Shown piece by piece: positions 1 to 42,003 of a stretch of 64,000 nucleotides of DNA (position 1 is the stretch's first letter; each line of letters opens with the position of its first letter). Source of the stretch: the human T2T-CHM13v2.0 reference genome, Homo sapiens; NCBI RefSeq assembly GCF_009914755.1, contig NC_060941.1; one strand, written 5' to 3'. Both the position numbers and the translations under genes were made by a program. Below the pieces are notes generated by a model. It saw nothing but the letters and a program-made list of their open reading frames with translations. It was not told the DNA's origin and searched no databases.

Positions 1-187
1 GGGGTGCTGTAGCATATATGGAAGAGAACATACCACATAATGCAACTTTTATCTTACAAAGAGGACCCCAACCAAATTTTCAACCCTGAGTTTGAGTCTT
101 AAGCATGTTAAACGTGTTGCACATATATGTTTAAGGCTTAATCCTGCAGTTCTTCTATTCAGAAGCATTAATGTTGTGAATATTCTT

Positions 188-283
188 TTTTTTTTTTTTT
201 TTGAGATGGAGTCTCGCTCTGTTGCCCAGGCTGGAGCGCAGTGGCGCAATCTCGGCTCACTGCAAGCTCCGCCTCCTGGGTTC
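188..283 (-). mobile_element. 5'-truncated AluY-like insertion in the ZNF652 3'UTR
   Basis: PolyT, then the Alu 3' end with the AluY-type ctgcaagctccgcc. Perfect 18-bp TSD aatgttgtgaatattctt (170-187, 284-301). Confidence 0.9.
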
Positions 284-737
284 AATGTTGTGAATATTCT
301 TAATGCATTTCATTATTTATATACAATATGATACTGATGAGGAGTCATTATATTCTGAGTAGTTTTCCTGAAGACCACAAGTCTCAAGTCAAGGAAAGTA
401 TCCTTAATCTAGGGGAAAAAAAGGAAGTTTCTAAATTGTTCCACAATACACTTCACTAAGAATTGTACTGTATGACAATGCTAATTTTTAAAAATAATAT
501 ATATATATATTTTTGTTTCTGTTAAGGATGGTGGTATTTGCTTAATACTGGTTTTCCTGTATAGCAGATATTTTCTTATGGCTATATTTACTTGAATGAA
601 AAATCAAAGATGACTACCTGAATATTCCAGTGTATAATTACAGTACAACCTCATGAAATGGTTGATTCTGTGGTCTCAAGTCTAGAATCCAGAATTGCTG
701 CCCAATACTGTAAATTTATTCAGAACAAAATAAGGCA

Positions 738-1102
<365 letters not shown>

Positions 1103-1662
1103 TTAATACTACAGGCTTGACCATGAAATAATGATATGTCTATATAAAAGTGTAGGTTGACAAACTTGTCATGGAATGCCAAGGAGACTGTGGAGGGAGA
1201 GGGAGACAACCACTAAAGATATAACAGTCATATGCAAGGAATTAACTTTCCTTATTGGCTTGGGTACCTGGGTGCTCAAAGAATGTGTACAAATATTAAA
1301 AATACCATTCTTTAAAACTTACATCCAAAACCAGGAAGTATGTCTTGATATACTTTTCTGCCTCATTCCAAAATTTTCCTATGCTCATTATATAAGACAG
1401 GCAAAATCAGAAGGAGAAAATTTAGAAACACTAAACCAAAAAGCCAATAGAGAACGTGATGTTTGAAAAATATGGACTTAATCTCAATTGAAAGAGTTCA
1501 TTTTTTCTTACCACAGAGCTCATTAGTTAGAAAAGTGCTCGAAGCATATCTGCACATTTAATATTAAAAATAAAAAAATAAATAAAAGCCAGCGTTCTGA
1601 TTCAGGCAAAGATTTTAAGAAACCGAAGAAAGAAAAATGAAGAAATTTCAAGATTAAAAAAT

Positions 1663-1830
1663 GGACTGGGCATGGTAGCATGCACCTGTAGTCCCAGCTA
1701 CTTGGTTAGCTGAGGCAGGGTTGCTTGAACCCAAGAGTTGGAGGCTGTAGTGTGCTATAACTGCACCTGTGAATAGCCACTGCACTCTAGCCTGGGCAAC
1801 ATAGCAAGACCTTGTCTCTTAAAAAAAAAA
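1663..1830 (+). mobile_element. FAM (fossil Alu monomer)
   Basis: Monomer retaining the 7SL-like segment gtgtgctataactgcacctgtgaatagccactgcac. Confidence 0.75.
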
Positions 1831-2992
1831 TTGGAGAGGGGGTGGGAGGTAAGTGATTTAGCCTGGGAACTCAGTTCTCTCAGATAAAGAAATACAAAAT
1901 TTTAAGCTATACTGAGTCTGGATAAATATGATCTGTTAAGTGTAATCAATACACTAGCCCTTCTGTTCAGCCTTTCCTATAATAAGCTCCTGGTTGATTA
2001 TGGTCTTTTGAAGTTCCCCAAACTTGAAAAAGTAATCTGCCTAAAGGTACTAGAGGTGCTGCTCTCTTTATCGCCTAAGAATGCTGGTATTACATAATTT
2101 GCAGAGGACAGGGCAGTAAAACTTAGGAGTTTTCCCTCACTATATTTAAACTGTGTTAAAATAGCTCAAGGTTGTGAACATATCCACATTTTACATATAA
2201 TAGATATTTCAAAATTCATAACCAATTTGTCTTCTCATCTGAATTTCTCAGCCACTATCAGCAATGTCATGTTTGTGATTTTAAGTTTACTATTTTAGCT
2301 TCTTATAACAATTCTAGAAAAATAAAGCAACCTCAAAATGAGCGATTTCAATTTGTCATCCCATAAAAGTTAAACATCAACACAATTCCTAAGGGAAGTG
2401 AGAAACAGACGTGACTGAGATGAAATGATCTCCACTACTTCCTCCTCCTGTCAGCAAACAGCCTTATTCAAATTTTCAAAACATGCAAGCTTTAGGTGAC
2501 TTCCCTGGAAAAGGCCCCATCCCCTGCAAATCATTTCATGTAATGCACTAACGAAGCCAAGCAGAACATGGAGGACAGGAGCACATTAGGGAGCCTCTCT
2601 TGAGTGTTAAGCAGAGATGTCAAAACTACCAAGTATTTACGCCAAATCCTGAAAGCAAAACCTCATTTTTGCAGTAACCTGGTCTGGAGACCCTCTCAGA
2701 TACATCTAGTCTCTGAAGCACCTTTTGAGTTGTACGGATGTAAGAATAGCTTTGAATTATAGAAGTTATATGCATCTTTAAGAATCACATTTTGATGATT
2801 ATAAAAATTTTTTTCTATTTTACAACATAGGTTCAGCTACACTGAAAAAATTACACTGCTTATTGAAATACATTTCATTTTAGAAACAGACTACCAAAGA
2901 AGTCTATACAAAAACTCTAAAATAATTTCTGTAGTAAAATAAAGAGTGCGTTAGGAGAGCTACACAAAGAAGAAAATTTCTGTCTTTCTCTA

Positions 2993-3092
2993 TAATGCTT
3001 GATATACTGTGAAACATGGCCAGCTCAACTCTGTAGCTGGCACCAAAAGCTGAAAAGAATTCCTTACCATACACAGTGATACAATTAATGCT
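2993..3092 (-). promoter_or_regulatory. miRNA seed cluster: miR-155 8mer (3085-3092) and 7mer-m8 (2993-2999), miR-128 7mer-m8 (3072-3078)
   Basis: mRNA-sense AGCATTAA, AGCATTA and CACTGTG. ZNF652 is known to me as a miR-155 target. Confidence 0.6.
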
Positions 3093-3492
3093 CTGGATTA
3101 ATCTCACAGCCTTCCCGATTAGTACAAAGGAAACCAGGCCTATCCCCTCTTTGAGGAGAAGTCTGGGATATAAAAGCAAGCATACCTCATCAGCTGATAT
3201 GAAATTATAAAATTCCACAAGTCTGAGTATTTGAAACTTATAAAAGTCATCAGAAAATGCAAGCAAATTGGGCTTTAGTTCAGTGGTTCCCCTGGTTTAG
3301 ATGACAGTCCCTCTGTGAGCTCAAGGTAGTCTTCTTGTTCATTCCCTTGGATCTGTTGATTCAGTGACACTGGCGAAGCTCTTGGTAGAGGCGGAGGAGA
3401 GTCTGAGAACTAAGGAAATGCTCACCGACTCCCTCTGTGCACGCTCACACATGGGGACGTGTCTCCTGGAGAACACACTAAGGAGACGGATG

Positions 3493-22805
<19,313 letters not shown>

Positions 22806-23063
22806 TGGTAAGTGGCCCAATTTATTAAACAGTTCAGACTATAAAGAAATAGCTTTAAAACAAGGTAATTATTAAGACTCAAATCTTTTCTCATCCACAA
22901 AGAATCACTCAAATGAAAAAAAGATATTCCTGGAAACTGTGTGCAATTCTTCCAGTGTTGCAGCACCAAAGCATGAGTCAAAAAGGTTTGGTATTATGGC
23001 AAGAGCAGAGCACTAGTGATTTTTCTTCTGAAGAGAGCTGCAAGGGACTTGGGAGCATCTTAT
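22806..23063 (-). other. ZNF652: ZNF652 5'UTR part of exon 2 (258 nt), containing three uORFs
   Basis: Strong acceptor tttcctctttgcttttctttgtag|ATAAG at 23063. Confidence 0.8.
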
Positions 23064-24606
23064 CTACAAAGAAAAGCAAAGAGGAAAAAAATCAGGTAAT
23101 ACCACTATTTCCTTTTTAGAGCATGCATTTAAATCACAAGAAACAGGGCTTAAATAATAATAATTATTATTATTTTGAGATGGAGTCTCACTCTGTCACC
23201 CAGGCTGGAGTGCAGTACGCAATCTTGGCTCACTGCAACCTCTGCTGCCTGGGTTCAAGTGATTCCCCTGCCTAAGCCTCCCGAGTAGCTGGGATTACAG
23301 GCGCCCGCCACCACACCTGGCTAATTTTTGTATTTTTAGTAGAGACGGGGTTTTGCCATCTTGGCCAGGCTGGTCTTGAACTATTGACCTTGTGATCCAC
23401 CTGTCTGGGGCTCCCAAAGTGCTGGGATTACAAGCATGAGCCACCACGCCTGGCCAAAATTATTAAACTCTTTACATATACAATGCTTTTAACTGCTTAA
23501 ATGTTTCAGTATGAGCCATTATTTTACTGGATTACAGGAATTCATAAACATTTTCTGTTAGACTATAAATTTTACAACAGCAAAAGCCACATCTGTCCAG
23601 TTCACTGAGATATCCTCAGAGCTTAGCACAGTGTCTAGCATACAGTATATATTTGATGAATAAAATAATATTGCACAGCATTCATTTTCCTAGATACTAC
23701 GCAATATGCTGATATGGCAAAATATACGGTCTCTATCCACAAGATCTTTACAGTCTAGTTTACAACGTGTTGGGCATGAAACACGCAAGAGCTTTATATT
23801 GGCTGACTTTCTTTCAACATCAATCACCATGTCCATCACAGTGAGAGCTCGCAGAACAAAGGGGGTAGTGGGGCAGGCATTGTGGTCCCCGGAAATAAAA
23901 CAGCTAATTGACATAACTATAGAAGAGAAGAAAAATGTCCTTGGCCTTAAATCATTTATAATCTAGGTTTAAATATAATTGTTTTCAGGTTTATTGGAGT
24001 AATTTCAAAGTTGCCAAATATTTTAACATTTGTTCTGTGCATAGCTCACTACATTCACTCAGTAAGTCGGTGATTTTTTATATGTCAGTTGCACAGGAGT
24101 CTAAATTCTAAGAAACCATAACCATGAGGTTGATATGGTTCCAAGAAAAATAAAACCATCCAATATTAATTTTTAAAAAGCTTAGAAGGGCATATAATTT
24201 GCTTTGTGACATACCTCACATTGCTGTTTAGCCAACCCACCTATCCTCTTGAGTCATATGAATATTACCGTAAACACATACCCTGTCTAGTTGACAAAAG
24301 GAAGGAAATGAGTATTTATTAAATGCCTGCTATGGACATAGGCACTATAATAGTTTTTATTGTTCATTATTTATGTTTAATACCCACCACAAAACTGTGG
24401 GGTTGAATTTTTTTTTTTTTAAGACAGTGTCGGGCCAGGCGCAGTGGCTCACGCCTGTAATCCCAGCACTTTGGGAGGCCAACGTAGTCGGATCACGAGG
24501 TCAGGAGATCGAGACCATCCTGGCCAACGTGGTGAAACCCCATCTCTACTGAAAATACAAAAATTAGCTGAGCATAGCGGCTCATGCCTGTAATTCCAGC
24601 TACTCA

Positions 24607-24750
<144 letters not shown>

Positions 24751-26109
24751 TCACTCCATTGCCTAGGCTGGAATGCAGTGGTGCAATCATGGCTCACTGC
24801 AGCCTCAACCTTCTGGTCTCAAGTGATCCTCCCACCTCAGCCTCCTGAACAGCTAGGACCAGAGGCATGCACCACCACACCTGGCTAATTTTCAAAAAAA
24901 TTTTTAGAGATGGGGTCTCCCTATGTTACCCAGGCTGGTGGGACTGATTTTTAAATTTTTTATCAAAATAATCATTTTAAAAATTCATAGTCTTACAATT
25001 CAAATGTATTGGCCGTACTCCAATTTATCTCAGTCCCATTTCCTGGAGGCAATAATGCTGTTTTAGCTGCCCCCCTCTCCATTTAATTCTATATTTCTAC
25101 ATAATTTGATTATGTTTCTGTTTCTGGACTTTTTATTTCAATTTCAGATATTACCTTGTCTTTCTCTATAGTTTTCTTACCTTATTGTTCCCAACTCTTC
25201 CCTCATGCTCCCAATAGTTATATCACAACTTTGAAAAAAATCAGTATTTATTATTACTATGAGTAGTTCACAATTATTTCTATCACTCCTATGCTAATCC
25301 TTTGTCTTCTCTTCCATTTTCTCTTCCATTTCCTTTTTCCTTGTGAGTTTATTCTTTTTCAAAAAAATTACTTTTGCTTTCATGGAATTTCAGGAAGGAG
25401 TGGTAATAAATGCTACCATGTTTTACTTGACATTTGAATAGATATATTCCTACTTTCTTGTATTTATAAATGGTAAAATTACGGCTCAGAGAGGCAACAT
25501 AATTTGTCTAAGATCACAAGTCGCTCAAACGACAGAGGTAGTATTTGACTCCAGGCCTGCCTGACTCCAAAGCTCATTGTCTATTTCTACTATGACAAAT
25601 GACACCTTGAAATAATTTAAACTCAATTATTCTTTTAACTGCTTATCTTTTTGTACCAGTTTCATGCCTCATATTTTAAGTAGGAAAATCCTAGCAACCT
25701 TATTCTACTTGTGCCAAAACTTCTAACCCATGGAAACAATGTGAACTACTATGAGTATCATTTAAATAAACTCATATTATCTCAAATTAAGTAAGGGAGG
25801 AATGATGGTAAAATTCAATTAACTAGCAAAAGCTAGGAGTTAAACAAAAATCAGAAAGTCAAAGAAAAGAATAAAGAGTAATCATTAATTCATTTTCCAA
25901 ATATTTCTGGCTCTCGGCTTTCTGGGCACATGGTAGGCTATTTTTTTTTGGAGACGGAGTCTCGCTGTCACCCACACTGGAGTGCAGTGGTGCGATCTCG
26001 TCTCACTGCAACCACGCCTCTTGGGTTCAAGCAATTCTCCTGCCTCAGCCTCCCAAAGTGCTGGGATTACAGGCGTGAGCCACTGCACCCAGCCTAGGCT
26101 ACACTTTTA

Positions 26110-32045
<5,936 letters not shown>

Positions 32046-32224
32046 TATTGTCAGTCCATAAATTTTACCAATCTATACCTTAGTAAACTCCTAGTCTGAA
32101 AAGTTGGGGCCAAGAAACTGTACTAAAAAACTGAAACGCTTGGTAAATTCTACTCTGATTTACAAAAAATGCATTTGGTAGTGGTTATAATTTGCATTTA
32201 TATGATGCTTTACAGTTTACATAA

Positions 32225-32577
<353 letters not shown>

Positions 32578-32979
32578 TGAAGTGCCTACTATGTGTTAGG
32601 TATTGTAGGAGTTGGAACCATCAAGGTGCTCAAAGATCTACCTGGGGAGACAGACATGAAAAATATAGCATAGCAGACCAGGCACAGTGGCTCATGCCTG
32701 TAATCTCAGCACTTTGGGAGGCTGAGGCAGGAGGATCGCTTGAAGCAAGGGAGTTCAAGAGTAACCTGAGCAACATAATGAGACCTCGTGTCTACTTTTA
32801 AATAAATAAATATATATATATATATTTTTTTTTAGTAGAGATAGGGTTTCACCATGTTGTCCAGGCTGGTCTCGAAGTCCTGGCCTCATGTAATCTGCCT
32901 GCCTCGGCCTCCCAAAGAGTTGGAATTACAGGCATGAGCCATCACACCTGTAATTTTTTAAAAAGTAAAAACACAGTAT

Positions 32980-33200
32980 AGCAGTTAAGAGCACAAACTC
33001 TGAAACCAGACTGCCTGCATTAGAAATCTGGCTCTAAAACCTCATAGGTGAGTCATGACCTTGGGTAAGTTACTTCTTTATGTCTCATTTTCTGTATATG
33101 TACAATGGAGATAGTCGTAGTTCTACCTCATGGATTACTGGTATAAATGCTTATGAAAATACTTAGCAATAGTAAGCACTATTATAAGTATTTGCTAAAT
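32980..33200 (+). mobile_element. MIR
   Basis: gcagttaagagcacaaactctg..tgaccttgggtaagttactt.. Confidence 0.7.
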
Positions 33201-33443
33201 ACACTCACCTATACACATAACATACAGTGGCAGTATGTGAAGGGAGGTGGTGAACAGGCCACGGGAAGTTTCAGAGATGAGATAAAGCTGGGGCTGGTCT
33301 TGAAGGACAAGCAGAAGTCAGATGGAGAAGGGGGAAGGTAAGAATGTTGCACACAAAAAACACCACAGGAAAATGACAGGAATGAAACCATGTGGGTTTT
33401 TTTACCTACTTATGCATGATTACCCTACAATAACTTGGAATGC

Positions 33444-33862
33444 TGATATGGTTTGGATGTTTTGTCCTCTCCAAATTTCATGTTGAAATGTAATCCTCAA
33501 TGTTGGAGGTGAGGCCTGGTGGGAGGTGTTTGGGTCATGGGGGCAGATCCCTCATGAATGGCCCAGTGCTGTCCTCGAAGGAATGAGTTATTTCTTGCTC
33601 TGAGTTTACATGAGATCTGGTTAAGACTGTGGCACTTCCCCAATCTCTATCTCTTGCTTGCTCTTTCACCATGTGATACACCTGCTTCCCCCTTTGCATT
33701 CTGCCATGATTGTACACTTTCTGAGGCCCTTAACAGAAGCCAAGCAGATGTTGGTGCCAGGCTTGTACAGCCTGCAGAACCACAAGCCCAAATAAACCTC
33801 TTTTCTTTACAAATTACCCAGCCTCAGGTATTCCTTTATAGCAATGCAAACAGACTAATACA
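33444..33862 (+). mobile_element. MST-family (MSTB-like) MaLR solo LTR
   Basis: TG...CA termini (tgatatggtttgg ... cagactaataca), internal AATAAA, perfect 5-bp TSD AATGC (33439-33443, 33863-33867). Confidence 0.9.
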
Positions 33863-36144
33863 AATGCTGCTCCCATTTTACAGCTGAGGCTCAACTTTCC
33901 CGTTGTCATTGCTGGTAAGTGATGGAACAAGTGTTTGAATTCTGCTTTTCTAACTCCTAGTCCAAGTTTACCACACTGTCTCCTACTGAGTTAATGGTAA
34001 ACAACAGTCTCAAAAGATGTACTTAGGTTTTTGAACAACAAAATACCTTTACAATACAAAGCAAATAACAGAATTCCAGACTCATGTTTGAGGGTGTAAA
34101 TTTTATCCTTAGCTGGTGAAACTCATACCTTCCTTCAGAATGTCCAGAATGTTAGGTTAATTCATATGGATACATTTCAGTTTTCAAACTGATCCACCTG
34201 TAGTCTGGGTTTCACAGTAACCACTTTTAACAAACTAAAGACTCAAAATTTAAAGTATATTTTTAGTTCATCTTCTTGCAACAAAATGGTAAGCTTTCAA
34301 ATGGGTAAAACCTAAATAAATTTGTCAACTTTGAATTTTGTATGTAAAGTAGAAGTTATAGAAACAAAATTTACATTGAAAAGGGTTTTGTTATTACAGT
34401 ATCAACGCATATTTATAAATGTCCTTCATTTCCAAAGGTGCTCACAATATCGACCTGTAAATAGAAAAGCTACCAACATCAACTTGTAACAGTCATCTTC
34501 ACAACAAACAAAAACATCAAATGTCATATATCACTGGGCCTTATTTTGGATAAGCATTACAAGCTGTTCTCAGATGCATACATTTTGTATGGTCAAGAAA
34601 CAGAACTACAGTCTCATCTAATAAAAATGTAATATGTCAAACAATTTTTAAGCAGTCCATCTAATCCACTCTCTGTAAGAAGTGGAATTGAGAAATGCTT
34701 GTCACCTTCAGTTTTAGACAAAGCTTTTATAAAAATAAAATTTCCTTGTAGTTTTTTACACACGCATTTAAATGAGACTGCCATTGTGTTTCCTCAACAA
34801 TATGCAAGTGCAACTAGTAAAAGAGGACAAAGGAGAGACGCACTCTTCCTAGGTACTACCTAATTACCTTCAAGCATCAACAGTTTCTACATTTCCATAT
34901 AAGATAATACAAACTAATGTGCATTAGTCATTACACAAGTCAGCTGAAGCAATCTTAACTTTCACCAATAAGCACCACGCCCAGGGCCAAAGAAGAAATC
35001 AAATACTAATTAAGCTATACCACAGGACCGACATGATCACAATGTATATTCAGAATATTTTCCCATTATTCAATTCCATTCACAAATGTCATCTACAGAT
35101 AGGAGAATATAACTTGAAGCAATTTTTAAAAAGAAGGTAAGTTTTGTGTGTACTATTGCCATCTTTTCTGTCAGAATCAGACAAAGTACTGGCTCAAATA
35201 AAATTCAGTGCCCTTAAAACCAACCAGAAGAACATATTTACAAGATATATAACCTTGGAAGGTCTCAGTCTAGCCTTAACCAAAGGTCACTATATGGAAT
35301 GCAATTATTTTTATTTTTGCAAAAACGTGGGCTATATTATTATTTTGAGATGGAGTCTCACTCTGCCACCCAGGCTGGAGTGCAGTGGCATGATCTCAGC
35401 TCACTGCAATCTCTACCTACCAGGTTAAAGTGATTCTCCTGTCTCAGCCTCCTGAGTAGCTAGGACTACAGGTGCACACCACAGCTAATGTTTAATTTTA
35501 ATTTTTAGCATGACTAATTTTTAATTAGGTGCATGCCTGGCTAGTTTTTTGTGTTTTTAATAGAGATGGGGTTTCACTATGTTGCCCAGGCTGGTCTTGA
35601 ACTCCTGGTCTCAGGTGATCCACCCGCCTCGGCCTCCCAAAGCGTTAGGTTTACAGGTGTTTACAGGTGTGAGCCACCACACCTGGCCAAAATACAATTA
35701 ATAAATGGAGTAGTCCATTTTTAAAACAGCAACTATATCAGTATCTTGATCGTTATTAACTGATATCCTGCCTATTAACTTTATTAAAAAAAATCAGAGG
35801 CCGGGCACAGTGGCTGACACCTGTAATCCCAGCACTTTGGGAGGCTGAGGCAGGTGGATCACCTGAGATTGGGAGTTCGAGACCAGCCTGACCAACATGG
35901 AGAAACCCTGTCTCTACTAAAACAAACAAACAAACAAACAAAAACCAAAAAACAAAATTAGCTGGGCGTGGTGACACATGCCTGTAATCCCAGCTACTCC
36001 AGAGGCTGAGACAGGAGAATTGCTTGAACCCAGGGAGGCGGAGGTTGTGGTGAGCCAAGATTGCATCCAGCCTGGGCAGTAAGAGCAAAACTCCATCTCA
36101 AAAAAAAAAAAGAAAAAAGAGAAAGAAAAGAAAAGGGCTTATAA

Positions 36145-36357
<213 letters not shown>

Positions 36358-36819
36358 TAGCCAGGATGGTCTCGATCTCCTGACCTCGTGATCCACCCAC
36401 CTCGGCCTCCCAAAGTGCTGGGATTACAGGCGTGAGCCACCATGCTTGGCCAAATGTGCCTTTTCTTAAACTCCTAAAGGTAACACCACAAATTAGAACT
36501 GAGATATATTTATCAGGTGTAAGTATAGGTACAGATGTTCACATTGTGGCTACCTATGATATAATCCACTATGAGAGATGTCAAATTGACTAGATCATTG
36601 TGAACCTGAATTTAAAACTCATTTAGAAAATGAAAATAACTCAGATATGTCTTTATTACACTCTTGTATTTTATAAAAAATAAAAAAATAAAAATCACAA
36701 ATATTTTAGATTTGTGGATAACATCAGAAAATGCTGGGAATTTATTTTATACATTTGGCCTACAAAAAGACAAAGGAGTGTTATTGTTTTCTCATTAACA
36801 AAAATTTTTTGACACTTCA

Positions 36820-37083
<264 letters not shown>

Positions 37084-37094
37084 TCAGGAGTTCA

Positions 37095-37392
<298 letters not shown>

Positions 37393-38081
37393 TTAACCCA
37401 AACATAATGTATGCAAAACATAGCCAACAGAAAAAGACAAATTGCTAACACACCTCTGCCTTTTCCTTCCCATAAGCCTGTATGTTCCCTCTCCGATTCT
37501 TTTGAAATATACAAATCCTCTCTCTCCCAAAAGGAACACACACAATTTTACAAACAATTTCAAGGGATCCACCTATTCCCAGAAATCCATCCAAGGATTC
37601 TCTAGGGGTCCCAAAACCCCAGGCTAAAAACTCTCATCACAGAGCAGATTTTACCTTTCCTTGTGATATATATTTAACTTTTTTTGAAGACAGAGGTCTT
37701 GCTATGTTGCTCAGGCTGGTCTCAAACTCCTGGCCTCAAATGATCCTCCTGCCTTGGACTCCCAAGTGCTGAGATTACAGGTGTGAGCTGCTGCACCCAG
37801 CCTGTAGTATATATTTACTTAGACAAAGTTTGTAAATTAAATTTTTCTCTACCTCTTTCCTTCTTCTCCCTACCCCCTTTTCTTTCAGTTTCTCCAGCAT
37901 ATCTATGGTCAGAAATGAATTAACAAAACTCATGCCTATAGTCTTAGCACTTTGGGAGGCTAAGGCAGGAGGATCATATGAACCCAGAAGGTTGAGGCTA
38001 CAGTGAGTTATAACTGCACCACTGCACTCTGGCCTGGGCAACAGAGCAAGAAGACCCTGTCTGAAAAAAATAATAAAATAA

Positions 38082-38285
<204 letters not shown>

Positions 38286-38409
38286 TAGCCAGGATGGTCT
38301 CGATCTCCCAACCTCGTGATCCGCCCACCTCGGCCTCCCAAAGTGCTGGGATTACAGGCATGAGCCACTGCACCCGGCCAAAATGAAATAATTTAAAAAA
38401 TTAAAACGG

Positions 38410-40170
<1,761 letters not shown>

Positions 40171-41025
40171 AATCAAATAGGCTATTTGGATATAAATAGT
40201 TCAAAGGTGATCTGAAGTAATAAGATCATGTGAAAATAAATTATGATATTTTGTATAAAATGATATTATTGATTTACTGGATAGCTCATAAACTGCAACC
40301 TGGTCACAGTGCTGAGAATCAACAGATCTGGATAGGCTCTATTTGGAACTCTTCCATACTGCTGGGCAGGTTATTTCACCTTTCTAGCTCTCAGTTTTTT
40401 CAGCCACGAACTCACGGGATTCCCTTCCACGACTGACATTTAATGTTCTACAAGTTTGTGCTGATTATTTGTGTCTATTCTGTTACCTAATTCATCTGGT
40501 CACCTATTGCCACACAGGTAACTCCCAACTTTTCAATATTAAGGGTTATCACACACCCCTTACCCCACCCTACCCCACCATGTTCTCTCTTATTATTAAA
40601 AAAAAACTGTGTCTAAGAATTTGCATTGAGGTCATACTTTATTTGTTACTAATCAAATATATATATAACAGCCAGTTATGATATTTTGGTTACACTGTAA
40701 AGTGTTACCATAATTTCAATTCAACTCTTTGAACACAAAAATTAGCTTATGAATCTCAGTTTGGAGATACTTGGGTTAAGAAAACAGTCCACAGTCTTTA
40801 AATAAATATGATGCTTGATGGAAATGACCCCACAACCTTAACCATGGAATAGGTAGGTTTTTCTAAACACAACACAGAGTCCACCACACTTTCTTAGGGT
40901 AGACAGAGATGTGAGCACACTTAACACCATTCCTTGGATGATTCTATTCATAATCCTCTGCCTTAGTCAGAAAGCATTTAAGGCAATATGCAAAAAAGGA
41001 TGTAGAAGAAATCCATGAAGCCTAA

Positions 41026-41271
<246 letters not shown>

Positions 41272-41290
41272 TGAACCCCTGACCTCATGA

Positions 41291-41539
<249 letters not shown>

Positions 41540-41970
41540 TAGAGACGGGGTTTCACCATGTTGGCCAGGCTGATCTTGAACCTCTGACCTCAAGTGATCT
41601 GCCTGCCTCAGCCTCCCAAAGTGCTGGGATTACGTGAGCCACGGTGCCCGGCCTTTTACTTTTTTTTTTTTTTGAGACAGAGTCTTGCTCTGTCACCCAG
41701 GCTGGAGTACAAAGACGCAATCTCGGCTTACTGCAACCTCCACCTACCAAGTTCAAGTGATTCTCCTGCTTCAGCCTCCTGAGTTGCCGGGATTACAGGC
41801 GCATGCTACCACACCCAGCTAGTTTTTGTATTTTTTTTAGTAGAGATGGAGTTTCATCATGTTGGATCACGAGGTCAGGAGTTCGAGAACAGCCCACCTC
41901 AGCCTCCCAAAATGCTGGGATTATAGGCATGAGCGACCACACCCGGCCCCGGCCTACTTTTCTTAATGGT

Positions 41971-42003
<33 letters not shown>

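Noticed and set aside
22806-22820. ORF-track start MGHLP upstream of MSHTASS
   Set aside because: The first codon is TTG; the first in-frame ATG is at 22805.
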